Below the pieces are notes generated by a model. That model did not search any database and had not been told where the DNA came from. It saw nothing but the letters and a program-made list of their open reading frames with translations. From assembly GCF_004010195.1 (NCBI RefSeq), contig NW_025215037.1:1-39830 (forward strand): a stretch of 39,830 bases of DNA, in the 5' to 3' direction. How positions within the stretch are numbered: position 1 is the first letter of the stretch; every line of letters begins with the position of its first letter. This stretch comes from Chiloscyllium plagiosum. Lineage: Eukaryota. The translations under genes and the position numbers were made by a program. Below are positions 1 through 12,149 of the stretch, in pieces.

Positions 1-1118
1 GCGCAAACACACACACACAAGTTAAGTTGAATTCAGATTAAAGTTCTATGTATGTCATCGGAAACAAAATGAAGCCATCTTTTCTTCATGTTGATTTATT
101 TGTAATGAAAGGGGGAGTTGTATAAAGTTGTCAAGATGTACTGTACCTTTCAGGGAGCTGAAACGTCTGGCGGGCACAGAGTGTATTGAAAGATTTAAAA
201 ATGTAACATTTGAGTTTAAAGCAATTGCTTGGAGCCACATTTTGGTGGTATACAATAATTAAAATTAGGACAATTAACTTCAGTTATGTCCCATATACCA
301 TAATCCATTTGCATTTGAATTTTACTCTTTTCGATTACATCAAACCAAAGAGCCAGTCCAATGTCTTCGGGGCTCATCGCCAGTATTTGAACAGTTTGGT
401 GCTTGGATTCCTCATTTGGATAGGTTTAGATAGATTCGGTGTGTGATTTGGACAGATTTGAGTATCTGTGGCTTGCGAGAAAACCCAGTAGATTTAAAAC
501 CTTGCAGGTTAATGCCCTAGATACGGAACTGAAATTAGTTAAGAAAATTTGTTTACTTTTCGTGACTTCTGGTAGGGAAAAATAACAGTGAGAGAAATGA
601 ATCCTAAAATTTGGAAAGAGTTTTGGGGATTTTCAGATGATTCGCAAATTTGCCACGAAAATTTAGAAGGAAAGAAAAAAGCCGTACTTTTAGAACAGCA
701 AAGAACAGCCAATCACCAACAGACTACCAGCAGAATAGCTCTCTGAAATGTACCTGGCTACACGAACGTTTTGCAGTAGAAGACCGAAGACGACCTACAG
801 AAACGTCCAAAGGACTTTCGAAACCAAAGACAACAAATGGTTTCGAAAATCGATTTGTCATAAATTTAAGAAGGATTTTATCATACCAGTATTGTAGATT
901 ATAAGTTAAAAATTGTAATAAGAGGAAGGAGTTGTAACAAGCTGTTGTTTAGTGTTCTCTTTTGGGCGTAAAGAATAACATTGTCATTTTTTTCTTCGTT
1001 AAATAATGATATTTGGCTTAACTCTTTGCCACTCGAAACTAAAGAGATCACGGCACGATGCGAGCTTTTCTGCATGTCTGGTTTACATTTACAGATGGGT
1101 TTACCCTGTGTCGTAACA
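1..1118 (+). mobile_element. 3' end of a Gypsy LTR retrotransposon: 3' UTR, polypurine tract (107-117) and 3' LTR (119-1118), LTR family A
   Basis: GAAAGGGGGAG then TGTATAAAG at 119. Ends GGGTTTACCCTGTGTCGTAACA at 1118, close to the reverse complement of the LTR terminus TGTTACGACAAGGAGTAAACCC at 21275. Bases 19-160 align with the reverse complement of ~14980-15130 (AAGTTAAG.TGAA, AAGCCATC, GTACTGTA.CTTT). Confidence 0.75.
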
Positions 1119-1689
1119 CTACCAACGCTAAGTATTACATAATACAAAATCCTGGAGAAACTTCGCATGTCTGACAACAGCTACGCAGAGAGAAACCAAG
1201 TAAATTGTAGAGACATATATAGTTAGTCATAATTACTCAATGGAAAGGAAACAGTATATTAAAAAAAATGCATAGTTTCATATGGATGTTTATGTATGGG
1301 GAAGAAGTTCTCAGGGGGACAAATACAACAGGACAGAATATGACGGGTGTGCCCAAAGCATAAGACAAAGGGAGTGAAAATAGTCAGAAAGGGCACTTAG
1401 AAATATAAAATACCCTTAAATATGAGATGTAAAAATGAGAAAACCTGTCTACTCTACCTCTAGTAATACAAAGAATGTACAAATGAATATAGCTGTGTTG
1501 GATTCTCATCAACAGAAATTTTGCTGTGAAGTTACTCAGCTGAAAATTGAATCCAAGCCGGTATGAATTGCCTCAACCTAAAACAAGGTGTTTACTCTCT
1601 GCATGCGTTGAGCTTCTTGAACATTGTAATTTTAGAGTTAAAGAGCAAAGAACTGTCCAGCACCGGAACAGGAATTGCCAAGACGACCC

Positions 1690-3440
1690 CAACAGACTAA
1701 ATATCCTTTCTAGACTAAATATCGTTTGCCTCTATGTGCTCCCTATCCCTCCTTTGCCTGACTGTTAAGAAATATGGCAAGATACTGGTTAAATGTAGCC
1801 ATTGTTTCCGCCTTCACGATCGTCCAGATGTGTATTCTAGGCACTTAGCACTCTCTGCGTACAAAGTCGAGACTCGCCTCTCTCAGCTCCTTTTCTCTTA
1901 AGTGCTTGATTCTTAACGCAATGTTCCCAAAAAATTGATATTTCAAACTGGGGATAAAAATAAGACTCGAACTATCCATTATTCCAATCCGTGACTAATG
2001 TTCAAAGCTTTTATCGGATTGCCCGTCATCCTCCAACTTTTAATTGAATGCAATCAAATGTAATTATCAAATCTATCCTCACACCACTACATTGAAAACC
2101 GGGCAGTATCCCGTTATCCAGCTGTGTAGCCTCTGCAAAGACTCCACGTCCCACTGGTCGTGTGACAAAGAGAATTATACAGAATATTCTAAAATGTGCC
2201 GATATTAAGTTCCATAAATCGGCAATATACCTTGCTAAATATTATACCCGATTCCCAAATAACGAAGACATGTATGATATATGCATTCTTGACGACCGTA
2301 ACTATTTTTGCTAACACTTCCAGGAAACTGGGGACCTCTAAGGGAGCATCCCTTTGTCTGTTGATGCCATGGTTGATGCAAGTTTCCTTTTCTTTTCTCC
2401 TGCATTAGATATCAGACTTACGTCTTCACCAAATAACTTTTCTCTGCCTTCTTGGCAATCCTCATAACAGTCCTTAGCTACCACAATCTTTATATTAATG
2501 GAAAAAAAATACTAATCAGGGCACCTGCATTCTCGTCCAAATCAGTTACAGGTTACCGAGCACTGTTCCTTGTGGAACATACTTACCAAGAATTGCAGTC
2601 TGAAAATTATCGTTCCAATGTACGTTCAGTCTTCTAGGACCAACGCTTCTTTGATTCAATGTTAGTATCTTACAGTAGATCTCATGTGACTTCACATTTT
2701 TTATCGGCATGACTTGAAGAACTTTGTCAAACGTTTTCCAAATATTCACAGAAGCAACATACCTTGCTCTGTGCTCATTAACCATCCTTGTAATTTCCTC
2801 AAAAAAATCCAGTTTGTGAGATGCGACCTTCTCTGCACATAGACGAACTGACTTTTACTAATAATAATGTGCAGGTGCCGGTGTTGGACTTGGGTGAACA
2901 ACGTTATATATCACACAACACCAGGTTATATTCCAACAGTTTAATTTGGAAGCACTAGTTTCCAGAGCGCTGCTTCTTCAGCAGATCATTTTCGGAGAAG
3001 ATCATTAGACACAACATTTTATCACAAAAAATTGCAGTGCCATGCAACAGAGGTGATCCGTGGAACAAGTCTATATTGTTGTTAAGTCTTTCATGTAAAA
3101 TATTGAAAGCTCTCCGAAAGCTAGTGCTTCCATTTGAACCTTTTGGACGATAACCTGGTGTTGTGTGAGTATTGTGCATAAGTTCAAATTTCTATTCTAC
3201 ATATCCTATTTCTAAGTCACGTCTGCAATAAATGCCCTGCTTTTATCGTAAAGCTCACTGGTCTGTATTCACGAATTATTCTTGTCGAAAATGTGAAAAA
3301 AAGAAACGTTGTTCTTAGTCTCCAAGCTTCTTGCACATCCCCTGTGACTTAAAAGGAAACAAACTTTTCGGGCAAGACTTCAACAATTTCCACACTTACG
3401 TTCTTCAGCATTCCGTGATGTATGGTACCAGATCATGAGG
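1690..3440 (-). mobile_element. Degenerate CR1-type LINE, ORF2 RT region to 3' end, interrupted by a Penelope insertion
   Basis: Minus-strand remnants of CR1 RT motifs: KTFDKV (for KAFDKV), VPQGTVLG (for VPQGSVLG), a GRSxLTN-like motif near 2815-2835 and YRPVS near 3252-3268. Boundaries approximate. Confidence 0.65.
2872..3172. mobile_element. Penelope-derived fold-back insertion, same family as 30618-30832, degraded
   Basis: Arms 2911-2967 (TCACACAACACCAGGTTAT...GGAAGCACTAG) and 3112-3168 (CTCCGAAAGCTAGTGCTTCC...ATAACCTGGTGTTGTGTGA) are inverted copies and match 30618-30832. Possible TSD TGTGCA (2868-2873 / 3173-3178). Confidence 0.7.
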
Positions 3441-4269
3441 ACTTGTCTTCCGTGGAAACGATCACTAATAGTTGAACATGGTGCACCCTGCATCATCTTC
3501 AGGTGGCCTTTCATTCTAATAATTATTGTAACTGACATGACTGCCGCTAAGTCTGTGGAGTATGCACAAGCTCTCCAACTGATCAGTACACATTACTAAT
3601 CTACTGGGTTCCTTCCATATACCTTCACATTTTTTCTTCTCCGATGATAATCCAACTTGCTCTTGACAACATCGATATCACTTCCCTCCACCACACTCTT
3701 AAGTCATGGATTAAACATATTGCACACTCGCTGTGAGAAAAAATATTTCTTGTGATAAATAAAGTGTCATGCATAAAATTTGTAAACAACTGAATGCCAA
3801 CACTTTGGTCTATGGATTTGTTCCTGGTCGAAAATGCAAATTGGCCTGGAGAATAGAAACAGGAGATCGTAGCGCACAGTGAACTGAATGAGAGACTGGA
3901 GCAAATAATCCAGTGAGAATGATCACTGAGAGATGTTGCCGTAATATCATAGATGAGGACCAAATAACTATTTATGACGTTTGAACATCACTTCTGTCAT
4001 TATGTAATCTATATTTCTATAAACTCTCTACGCTGACTGCATTTCGACAATCGTATATCATTACACTTCTATTAATAAAGAAAGTACACCAAGTGAGTGT
4101 GCTCCTTGTCCCTTGTACAACTGACCCATTCTATTGATATTGTCTGCCCACAATCCTTACACTTGAGATATTCTGCATTCTACTTTGCATGCACCATAGC
4201 TTCGCTACAGTGTGGAAACAGGACATTTAGGTCAGCAATTTCACACCGACTCTCTGATGACCATTGCAA

Positions 4270-4525
4270 TCAGACTCACCTCCAACCTGTCCTCGGAACC
4301 GTGCACTTCCGTTGGCTAACCGACATGCGTCTGGATCCTGTGGGCAATTTAACATGGCCAGACCACGTAGGCAGTGCGTTTTTGGAGAAGACCGCAGCAC
4401 ACGGAGAAAACACAAACACACATCGGGAGAACGAAAATATGCTCCAAACAGTTCAGTCGTACAAATTCTGGTCTTAACCCGTGACCAGTCTCTGTGAACC
4501 AGCACTGAACCATTCCACCATCCGA
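4270..4525 (-). mobile_element. HE1-like V-SINE, degenerate
   Basis: Plus strand shows GGGCAATTTAACATGGCC and CCGCAGCACACGGAGAAAACACAAACACACATCGGGAGAACG, the reverse complement of the V-SINE core. TGGCCAT..TAAATTGCC is shared with 31023-31172. Confidence 0.65.
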
Positions 4526-5066
4526 AGGGTATGCGACTGAGATAAAAACTGATGTCTCCGTAATATCATCAGTCAACATCTTCCCACACGCCCTCTAATT
4601 TTCAACTCTGTAGTCGATGTCATGTCCAGGTTATCTATTGCGTGCAATCAATTGGATTAGCAGTTTTCTGACCAGGACAGTAAATGCACATGAACATGTT
4701 TTGATCTGAAACGAAACCAATTCGCTTAGGGAATTTGGCATAACTTTTGGTTCGCATATCTAGACTTTTTGTCCTTCTAAAATACATATTTTCAAAACAT
4801 CGACTTATTTCCTGACATTTTGGAATCCAAATATTTCCGAAATGTTTGACAAATATAAAAGTTAGTGGACTTGATTGTACTGTTTACTTATCCTCCTTTT
4901 CGACATAAAGATCGATATTTCCAACTCACCAGACCGATGGTAGATTTTAATATTGAAGAAGGATGGACTGATTACCGACATTCCCTCTGGTCCTCCCATC
5001 ATTACTTCCATAATTAATGCGAATAAGTATCAGCAAGACGGACTAAAAATTATTAACACATGATAG

Positions 5067-5652
5067 TGTTACAGACCAAGACAGGTCCGGTTGTATATGT
5101 GAAGAAGGTAGCCTCGATCCTAACCTTGCTAACTGTTTTAAGCAGATGCACAGTGGATATTCCAGGAGTGATGCAGTTGGCCCAACCACTCAAATTTAAT
5201 TAACACGGAATGAATTTACTGAACGAAACGTGAACCAAAGAGAATTGTATTTCGAATAACTTAACTTGTCTGAAAACCGAACCGAATCTTTGACAACTTA
5301 ATCATACAGTTGGAATTAATTGCAACTTTCCATAAGCACAACCTTTTCAATGAAAGGTAAAATAAAATACGAATTCTTACTGGAGCGATACCAGAGAAAT
5401 GTTCGCAGCACCTTCTCTGGGTTTATATCTAAAACTTGATCAGCAGGTGCAAATAAAATCTAATCAAAACAACGTTTGAAGTGGGATAAGTGGCCATCCT
5501 CTTTCGTTGCACAAGTATTTTCGAAAACAAAACATAATTTAAAGGCTTTTCCATCGAGAATGTTCCATATGTATCGGATCCTCAGCCTTTATGACCCCGG
5601 TGGAAAAAAGCCAATGACAACTTTTCCTTATTAAAGGAGCAGCATTGCCACA
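5067..5652 (-). mobile_element. Solo LTR, related to LTR family B
   Basis: TGTTACA...GCAGCATTGCCACA termini (TG..CA), 586 bp, flanks ATAG / AGAG (4-bp TSD with one mismatch). Ends resemble those of 31593-32191 and 38871-39481, from which strand is inferred. Confidence 0.55.
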
Positions 5653-5762
5653 AGAGAAAGGATTTCGATGGAAAACGGTGAATTGTAACTGATCGTGCAT
5701 TGACGGGAGTTAACGTCAGTCTGCATGAATCCTAATTTTCTCAATAGCCGGATTCCATCTTC

Positions 5763-5770
5763 TATTAAAA
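5763..5770 (+). promoter_or_regulatory. Possible TATA-like box of the GPCR exon-1 remnant
   Basis: TATTAAAA about 100-140 nt upstream of the candidate start region. Position is the only support. Confidence 0.25.
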
Positions 5771-5860
5771 GGGATGCCTTTGCGCGTGTTTTCCCAAAGT
5801 AACAGAGGGAGCATTGTGTGCGACACAATAAGGAAGCTTCAGCTGCACAGTGAGGGGCAG

Positions 5861-6030
5861 GCGGACCAGAATCTGACAGCAACAGACTGAGATATTAAAG
5901 CAATGGATCGAAGTTTGTTTTTGGGTCTTTATGGTAGTTTTTAAGTTTGGCCATTCTTAGCAATGCGGATAAGGCTTATACTTTGGGTGATGCAAGGTGG
6001 TTGCTATCCTCACAATTGTTGGTCTTCCTG
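5861..6030 (+). pseudogene. Decayed first coding exon (N-terminus and first half of TM1) of a GPR139/GPR142-like class-A GPCR
   Basis: Reads ADQNLTA-TD*DIKA-MDRSLFLGLYGSF*VWPFLAMRIRLILWVMQGGCYP, then frameshifts to ILTIVGLP-G|GTAAGT (donor at 6031, phase 1). CYP/ILTIVGLP fits the YYPxLxxxGxP TM1 motif of this family. The phase matches the acceptor of the exon at 29225 (G|TT AAC = Val-Asn). Lesions: TGA 5888, TAA 5942, and a frameshift at TATCCTC (6005-6011). Confidence 0.7.
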
Positions 6031-6467
6031 GTAAGTTACTCCTTCTGACTATTAATTCAATAAACAATTGCACAACGTCAATTATTTAGTTATTAAAACT
6101 TTGTCAACATGGGAACAATTGCCATAATTTCTCCTTGCAAACCCCATTCTTTGTCAAGCAAGTATAAGTCCATTATCTGAAGAGAAACCAGACTGTTCAA
6201 ACGTGATAAGTGTTATTGACCTCAACGTATTTAATTTCTATCAGCATATAGTCGCCTGCCCAATTCGAGTCACTATCTGTTTTCGACACGAATGTTCAAA
6301 TTCTCCTCTCACGATACTTGCACTTGAGTAAATCGACTGGAAGCTTCAAACCTTCAGATAGCGTTAGCAATGGATTGCGATAGTGTAGCTTTCCGAGTAA
6401 TCCAGATCCCAGGGCAAGTGCAAAATAAATGGACTCAAAATCACCACGTCGCTGCTAGCTAAAATTT

Positions 6468-6590
6468 TATACATATTATATATACACATACTCCCAGAGA
6501 CACACGCACACACACTCTCTCACACGATTGCATACATATATGTATGCATGTGTGTGTAAGTGTGTGAGTGCGTGCGTGTGCGCATATACA
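6468..6590. repeat. Compound (TA)/(CA)/(TG) microsatellite
   Basis: Interrupted dinucleotide runs visible directly. Confidence 0.8.
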
Positions 6591-8399
6591 GATATGAGCA
6601 GTCTCTATTAGTTGCAGAATCTACATCACAATGCAGTTTTTTAATTCGCTTCAGAAAAGGCCTGCCTTGCTTACTCTGTCCAAAATCTGAATACAGGGCC
6701 GCACAAATATCAAGTTTAACAGTTATTTGACCTCCAGTTTGGCGAAGCCAGCCACTGATTTGGTCTAATTCGGAGTGGACAAAACAATGCTGCACCGCTC
6801 GTGTTGTGCTAAAGCTATTATGAAACAAAACTAAAATACACGAGTACCCTTCCTCTCACATTTCCATTGTATAAAAAAAAACACACTTTCACTTCCGGAT
6901 GCATCGAATTCTCTGACTAAATTGACATTTATTTCTCTCTGTGTATCCCGCCAGTCAACTTTGGTGCTTTGCTTGACAGGCATCAGACATCAGAGTTGCG
7001 GATCAGAACGAAATGATGTAAGATACACTGTCAACCACTTCTTTGGATTAAAGATCTGTCCATTTTGGAGTTTGAGAGGAGCAATGACCTTGTCTCTTCA
7101 GAATAGAAGACGAATAGATGAAAGGGAAGCAAGAGCAAGGGAAGTTTATCATAATTTACAAGGTGCATCCCGTGCATGTGCAGCAGTTGCTGTCCTTTAC
7201 ACATTGGAAATTTTGGGGAGATGCTGTGAATGGTTTTCTGCATTGTTGTAGAGCTGTGATGTATTTTCAAAGAAGATCTGAACGTTCACTGACAAATTGA
7301 GCAAACAATGCAACTGGGCCAAATTTTCTATTAAAAGTGAGGAGGTGGAAATTCGATAATCCCGGAGTCCATTGTAACAGATTTGTCATCCGAAAAAGGT
7401 GTGCTTTCGAAGGTGTGCCATGCTGTTCAACAAACTTGGACTCTCACACAACGTTGAGGATATTGATGCCCAATCCCACAAATGTCACTGCTTCATTGCC
7501 TTTCTATGCGCTTCACATTCGAAGGCAGATCTGGGCTAATTGCAATATGATGTCCAATAATATTTCAAAATGTTGGATCTCATGACGCCTGGGAGAGGTG
7601 AAAATATCGTTTATATCTTCGTGAAGGGCTGTCAAAAATCTTCCAGTAGCATCAGTGCACTCAGTAATTTTTTTTTCAATCAATTTGTTCATGGAATGTG
7701 AGAAACGTTTCTGGGACAGAAGTCAACTTTCGTCCCTATTTGCCTTAAGAAAGCTGGTATTTGGTGTGATCATGATCCACTGCCCTTATCCAGTAGAATG
7801 GATGTGTCTGTCGGTTCAGACCGTGCTGATTTATTCTTTGCCAGCGCATTTTGTAAACTGAACTCACGAGGAGTTGCTTGAAGCCTGCATTAATGAAAAG
7901 AAGGTAATTTAGAAAGAATTCTGGGAGAACAAACATAGCGACTAGGCAGTTTGGTCATGGAGATCTGGCATTCTTTTGCATTTATATTTATATTTAGATT
8001 TTATTGCCATTTGTCCTGAAGTACAGAAATACAGGGTTGCGGTGAAAAAGGGTGCAGTGTAAAAAGACAAAGCACCGGGTTAGGTAAGGATCCCTTGTTA
8101 TAAAAAGCTTAGATGCAATGTAGTCAGTGTAATAGAGTTAAAAATTGAAGCATTACGTCATACAACAAGGAGAAAAATGAAGAAACAAGGTAACAGTAAA
8201 TATTAATGTATTTCTTACTATAAATTGTTAAACTGAAATAAGTGGTTGAATGATCAACATATGTTATTGAGTACTTTTCATTGAAAAAATTATTACTCCT
8301 CTGTTTCTGTTATATATGCCGCTGTTTTCTTCTTCCAGAAATAGTTCATTCTCCTCCTCAACAAGAACCTATCCACATCTGCATTACAAACAAATGAAG

Positions 8400-9130
8400 A
8401 ATCCATCTCTAACAAACTCTGAAGTATATAAGAAGATAATCATTGATCAGCTGAGAGGAACAAGGTTTGAGAAATAGAAGAATATATGTTTAACTGTGAA
8501 TATATTCCTGAGGAGTTATACTTAATGGATGAGAGGTCACAGAGAATGAATAAAATGCGGTCGGATCTTGTGTTTCATGCAAACATCGGGAAACATTTTT
8601 GTTCAGTTATAGCAAGTAATCAGGAGTTTTGTTTATCTGAGTTTTTATAAGCAGGAATGAATATAGATTTAGAGGGCATTGCATTATTATACAGGGTTCC
8701 AGGGATTTAGTGAGCTCGGTTTGCTGGATGTCCGATTTGCACTGTAGAATAAGGCCAATTGTCCGAAAGATAAAAAGTTATGATCAGGGTAGCATGCCTA
8801 CGTTGGCGCCCATTTACTGGCGAATTGCCAGACGGATCGTTGTTGGGGCTGATATTACTTTTAATAGAATGACGTGGGTGATTGAAGCGATTGTAGTCAC
8901 TCCTTGTTTGCAAGTTGAACAAAAATGAATCACGAAAGCAAATCATGAGAATTTCACACGAACTCAGTGATGGGATGCAACGTGGCAAATTATTGGATTA
9001 TATGCTAGCTAATGGAAAACTATGTGTGAATAAGAACAGAATAGCTCAATGCTGTGACCGGAGAAAATATCCTCAGATTAAAAGATCCCAATTTATGACA
9101 GGGACAATGATGACTCATTCGTTCAAAAAG
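8400..9130 (+). mobile_element. Very degenerate CR1-like RT fragment
   Basis: Weak resemblance of 8730-8900 to the CR1 KAFDKV..RL..K..WI.NWL..R.QRV region. Boundaries uncertain. Confidence 0.3.
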
Positions 9131-9329
9131 CAGTGAATGAAAGAGTTTTCAAGATGTTTCTGTAATTAGAGTCCATTGAGGATCTGTCAAACACAATCCT
9201 GAAATCTTCAGTAACATTCCCTGTTCCGTGAAGAAGGAAAGGCCGACACACAGTGCATACTTACATCCAACTTCACTGGGAATTCCCGCATTTTTAAAGA
9301 ATGCTGCTTCACGCCACATGACTTCACTT

Positions 9330-9880
9330 TTTATGACTCGAGGCAAATAAATGTTGCAACTCATCCAATTTTTCCAACATAACTGTTGGCTTTCACAGCA
9401 ACAAAATATCTAAAATTAGTCCGTCTTCGCTGATTTCTGTGTAAGACGCTTCCTTATACTTCCTTATCTCACCTACACATAATGAAACATCCTTTCAACG
9501 TCCACCCTGTAAAGTTGTCTCTGGGTGTATTATATCTCATTAACATCAACTATAATGAAACATCCTTTCAACGTACACCCTGTAACATTATATCTCAGTA
9601 ACATCAACTCTCACTCACCTAAATTCTAAGCGTTTAAGGTCCAAACCGTCCACAATTACACGGAGGTTAAATCATTTTTTCAAGTACTGCTGGAGTGAAA
9701 AGTTTGGGGACTGCATCCAACGTAGTTACCTCCTATCTTCGATAAAGATTCAGAAAGTTACAACGGAAACTCCCTGATGAAGTTGCAGTAGTACTGGGTT
9801 CAGTTGCAGCAACACTTCTTCCCCTCAAAGTTGACTCCTCGGTATAGAGCCCAACACTGTGTTCACAAGTACGACAAACT
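9330..9880 (-). mobile_element. Degenerate CR1 3' region
   Basis: Resembles the better preserved minus-strand CR1 3' ends at 17150-17450 and 35100-35400 (e.g. TCCACCCTGT, CTAAATTC...CCAAACC). Confidence 0.4.
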
Positions 9881-10007
9881 CTTTGTTTCTTCTGAGAAAT
9901 GTCCACGAGTTCTTATTGTGATGAGGAGATCTATTTTATTTTTCTTCATGCTGTGAGTCCTCGGAATAATCTTGCCCATAGAGCGGTGAAGGCAGACTTA
10001 TTGATTA

Positions 10008-10063
10008 TGTGTGTGTGTGCGTTATATACATATATATGTGTGTGTGTGTGTATATATATATAT
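10008..10063. repeat. (TG)n/(TA)n microsatellite
   Basis: Direct reading. Confidence 0.9.
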
Positions 10064-10489
10064 AACATGACAATCAAGGGCTATAGGTGGGGGTGTGGGA
10101 AAAAGGACTTCGGAATGCAATTTTGTTACCATTGCGAGATAGTGCAGGTTTCCATCGAATCCCTATGATTCTGTTTATAACCACCGACCCTTTAAATCCT
10201 CATGTACTAAACATTGGAGATGAGGGACGTATAGCAGCGGTGGAGTGGGTGGTGTGTTGATGAGGTGTGTGGTGAATTGAGTGTTATTGGCCTTATCTGA
10301 AACGCCATGTTTCGGCTTATTCTCCAAAATATCACCACGATGTCAGTTGATTGAGAAGAAGTCAGAACGAATGAGAAAATATTTTATCTACTTTAAATGT
10401 TACCTCGAACTTGGGAGTCCTCCATATCTATTTTGTCAGCAGCTGCAGTAACTCGAAGGGATCTTGGACCAGGAGCCTGCTGGGAGCGG

Positions 10490-11345
10490 TGAGTCACTGA
10501 TTCGAACCACACAGCATCACTCTCTCTGTTTAGCCCAAGTTCGTGTAATCTTCCAGCTCCCACTCCACTCTGCTCCGTCACGGGTTTACCGTCTCTGTGA
10601 CTCCCTGGTACATGTAATCCCCCAGCCCCAGCTCCAATATGCTCCCTAATTGTCTCACCTGTTTCTCTAATCTACATGTTATTCTCCAGCATCCATTCCA
10701 CACTGCTCCCTCACAGTGTTACTGTCTCTGCGACTCCCAGTTACGAGTAATCCTCCAGCTCCTCGTCCAATCTGATCCCTCACAGGGTCATCGTCTCTAT
10801 GCCTTCCAGGGATGTTTAATATTCCAGATTTCACTCCACTCTGCTCCCTCACAGGCTTACTGTCTCTGAGACTCCGAGGCACGTGTTAACTTCCAGCTCC
10901 CATTCCAATTTGCTCACTGCTACTCACGGGGTCACAGTCTCTGTGACTCCGAGGCAGTCGTCCAGCCCACACTCCACCTGCAGCTTCTCCGTCTCGGGGA
11001 CTCCCAGGCAAGTGCAATCTTTCAGCTCCTGCTCCTCTCTTGTCATTTACAGGATAACCGTTTCTGTGAATTCCAGGTACATATACGCTTCCAGCTCCCA
11101 CTCCACTCTGCTCCCTCGCATTGTCACCGTCTCTGTTATTCCCAGGTTCGTGTAATCCTACAGCTCGCACTGCACTCTGCTCCCTGACAGGGTCACCATC
11201 ACTGTGATTCCCAGGCACGTGTTATCCTTCAGCTCCCACTCCATTCTGCGTCCTCACATGTCACCGTCTCTGTCTCTCCCAGGCACGAGTTCTTTTTCTC
11301 CAGCTCCCAATCCAGGCTGCCTCCTCACAGGGACTCTTTGACTCC
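10490..11345. repeat. 69-bp minisatellite, about 12 diverged copies
   Basis: Unit ~CCAGCTCCCACTCCACTCTGCTCCCTCACAGGGTCACCGTCTCTGTGACTCCCAGGCACGTGTAATCCT. CCAG anchors at 10553, 10622, 10686, 10755, 10824, 10893. Confidence 0.9.
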
Positions 11346-11718
11346 CTTGTAGCAGTGGGTGTTCAGCTTCACTGACGATTTATATTCACTGATTTGTTGC
11401 GGATTGCTTTCAAGTTGTCTGCCTTTGGGACTCCCAGGTTATAGTCGCCCTCAAGCCACAGCTCACAGTTAAAAAATCCAATTCCGCATTGCTGCCTCAT
11501 AGTGTCGCTTTTCTACCTGGAAGGCAGCAGAAACGAGGATGAGAATAAGACAGCACTGTTGAGGATGGAGCAATTTATATGGAAACTTGGGGAAGTTGCA
11601 GGCCCTGAAGCAGGTTACTGGAAGTTATCGGCAGAGCTGCTGGAACAGAAGAGGCAAAGGAAAGTTATTGAAGCTTGTCGGTGTTGGAAATTGTTACTCG
11701 AATTAGTGCTCGGTATGT

Positions 11719-11981
11719 ATAAAAGGCTTCGAGTAAAAGGTTATAGAAACATGAATATCTGAACAAAAGGAAAATAAATAGATACAGGGACCATTGGGTT
11801 TCTAGGATCTTGTGGATGTTAGAGTTAAGTGACTTATAGTGACTGGAGTGAGTACATATTTAGGAAGTACATTAAGGCAGCATTATCGGGGCTGAATGAG
11901 ATTATAGAAATCCTGTATCTATTTATTTTCCTTTTGTTCAGATATTCATGTTTCTATAACCTTTTACTCGAAGCCTTTTAT
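11719..11981. repeat. Perfect 70-bp inverted repeat (11719-11788 / 11912-11981) with a 123-bp spacer
   Basis: ATAAAAGGCTTCGAGTAAAAGG...AAATAGATACAGG is the exact reverse complement of CCTGTATCTATTT...CGAAGCCTTTTAT. Confidence 0.95.
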
Positions 11982-12149
11982 GTGTGTCCTGAACTATTTT
12001 ACTCGATATTGAATGTGTCAAGAAGTTTAGAAAAGCACAGCAGACCCGGCAGCATCCGTGGAGCAGCATGATCAACTTATCGGGCAGGGGCATTTCGTCA
12101 AGCCACTGCAATTCCTTCGGATTTAATGAGGGGAATACGTGCTGCAATT

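Noticed and set aside
3625..3963. 112-aa minus-strand ORF, and similar short ORFs at 6922-7936
   Set aside because: No recognisable domain or GPCR motif. Lengths are within chance expectation.
10393..11218. 23-aa repeat protein (REQSGVGAG...)
   Set aside because: Broken into several short ORFs by stops and indels, with no supported splice structure. Treated as a non-coding minisatellite.
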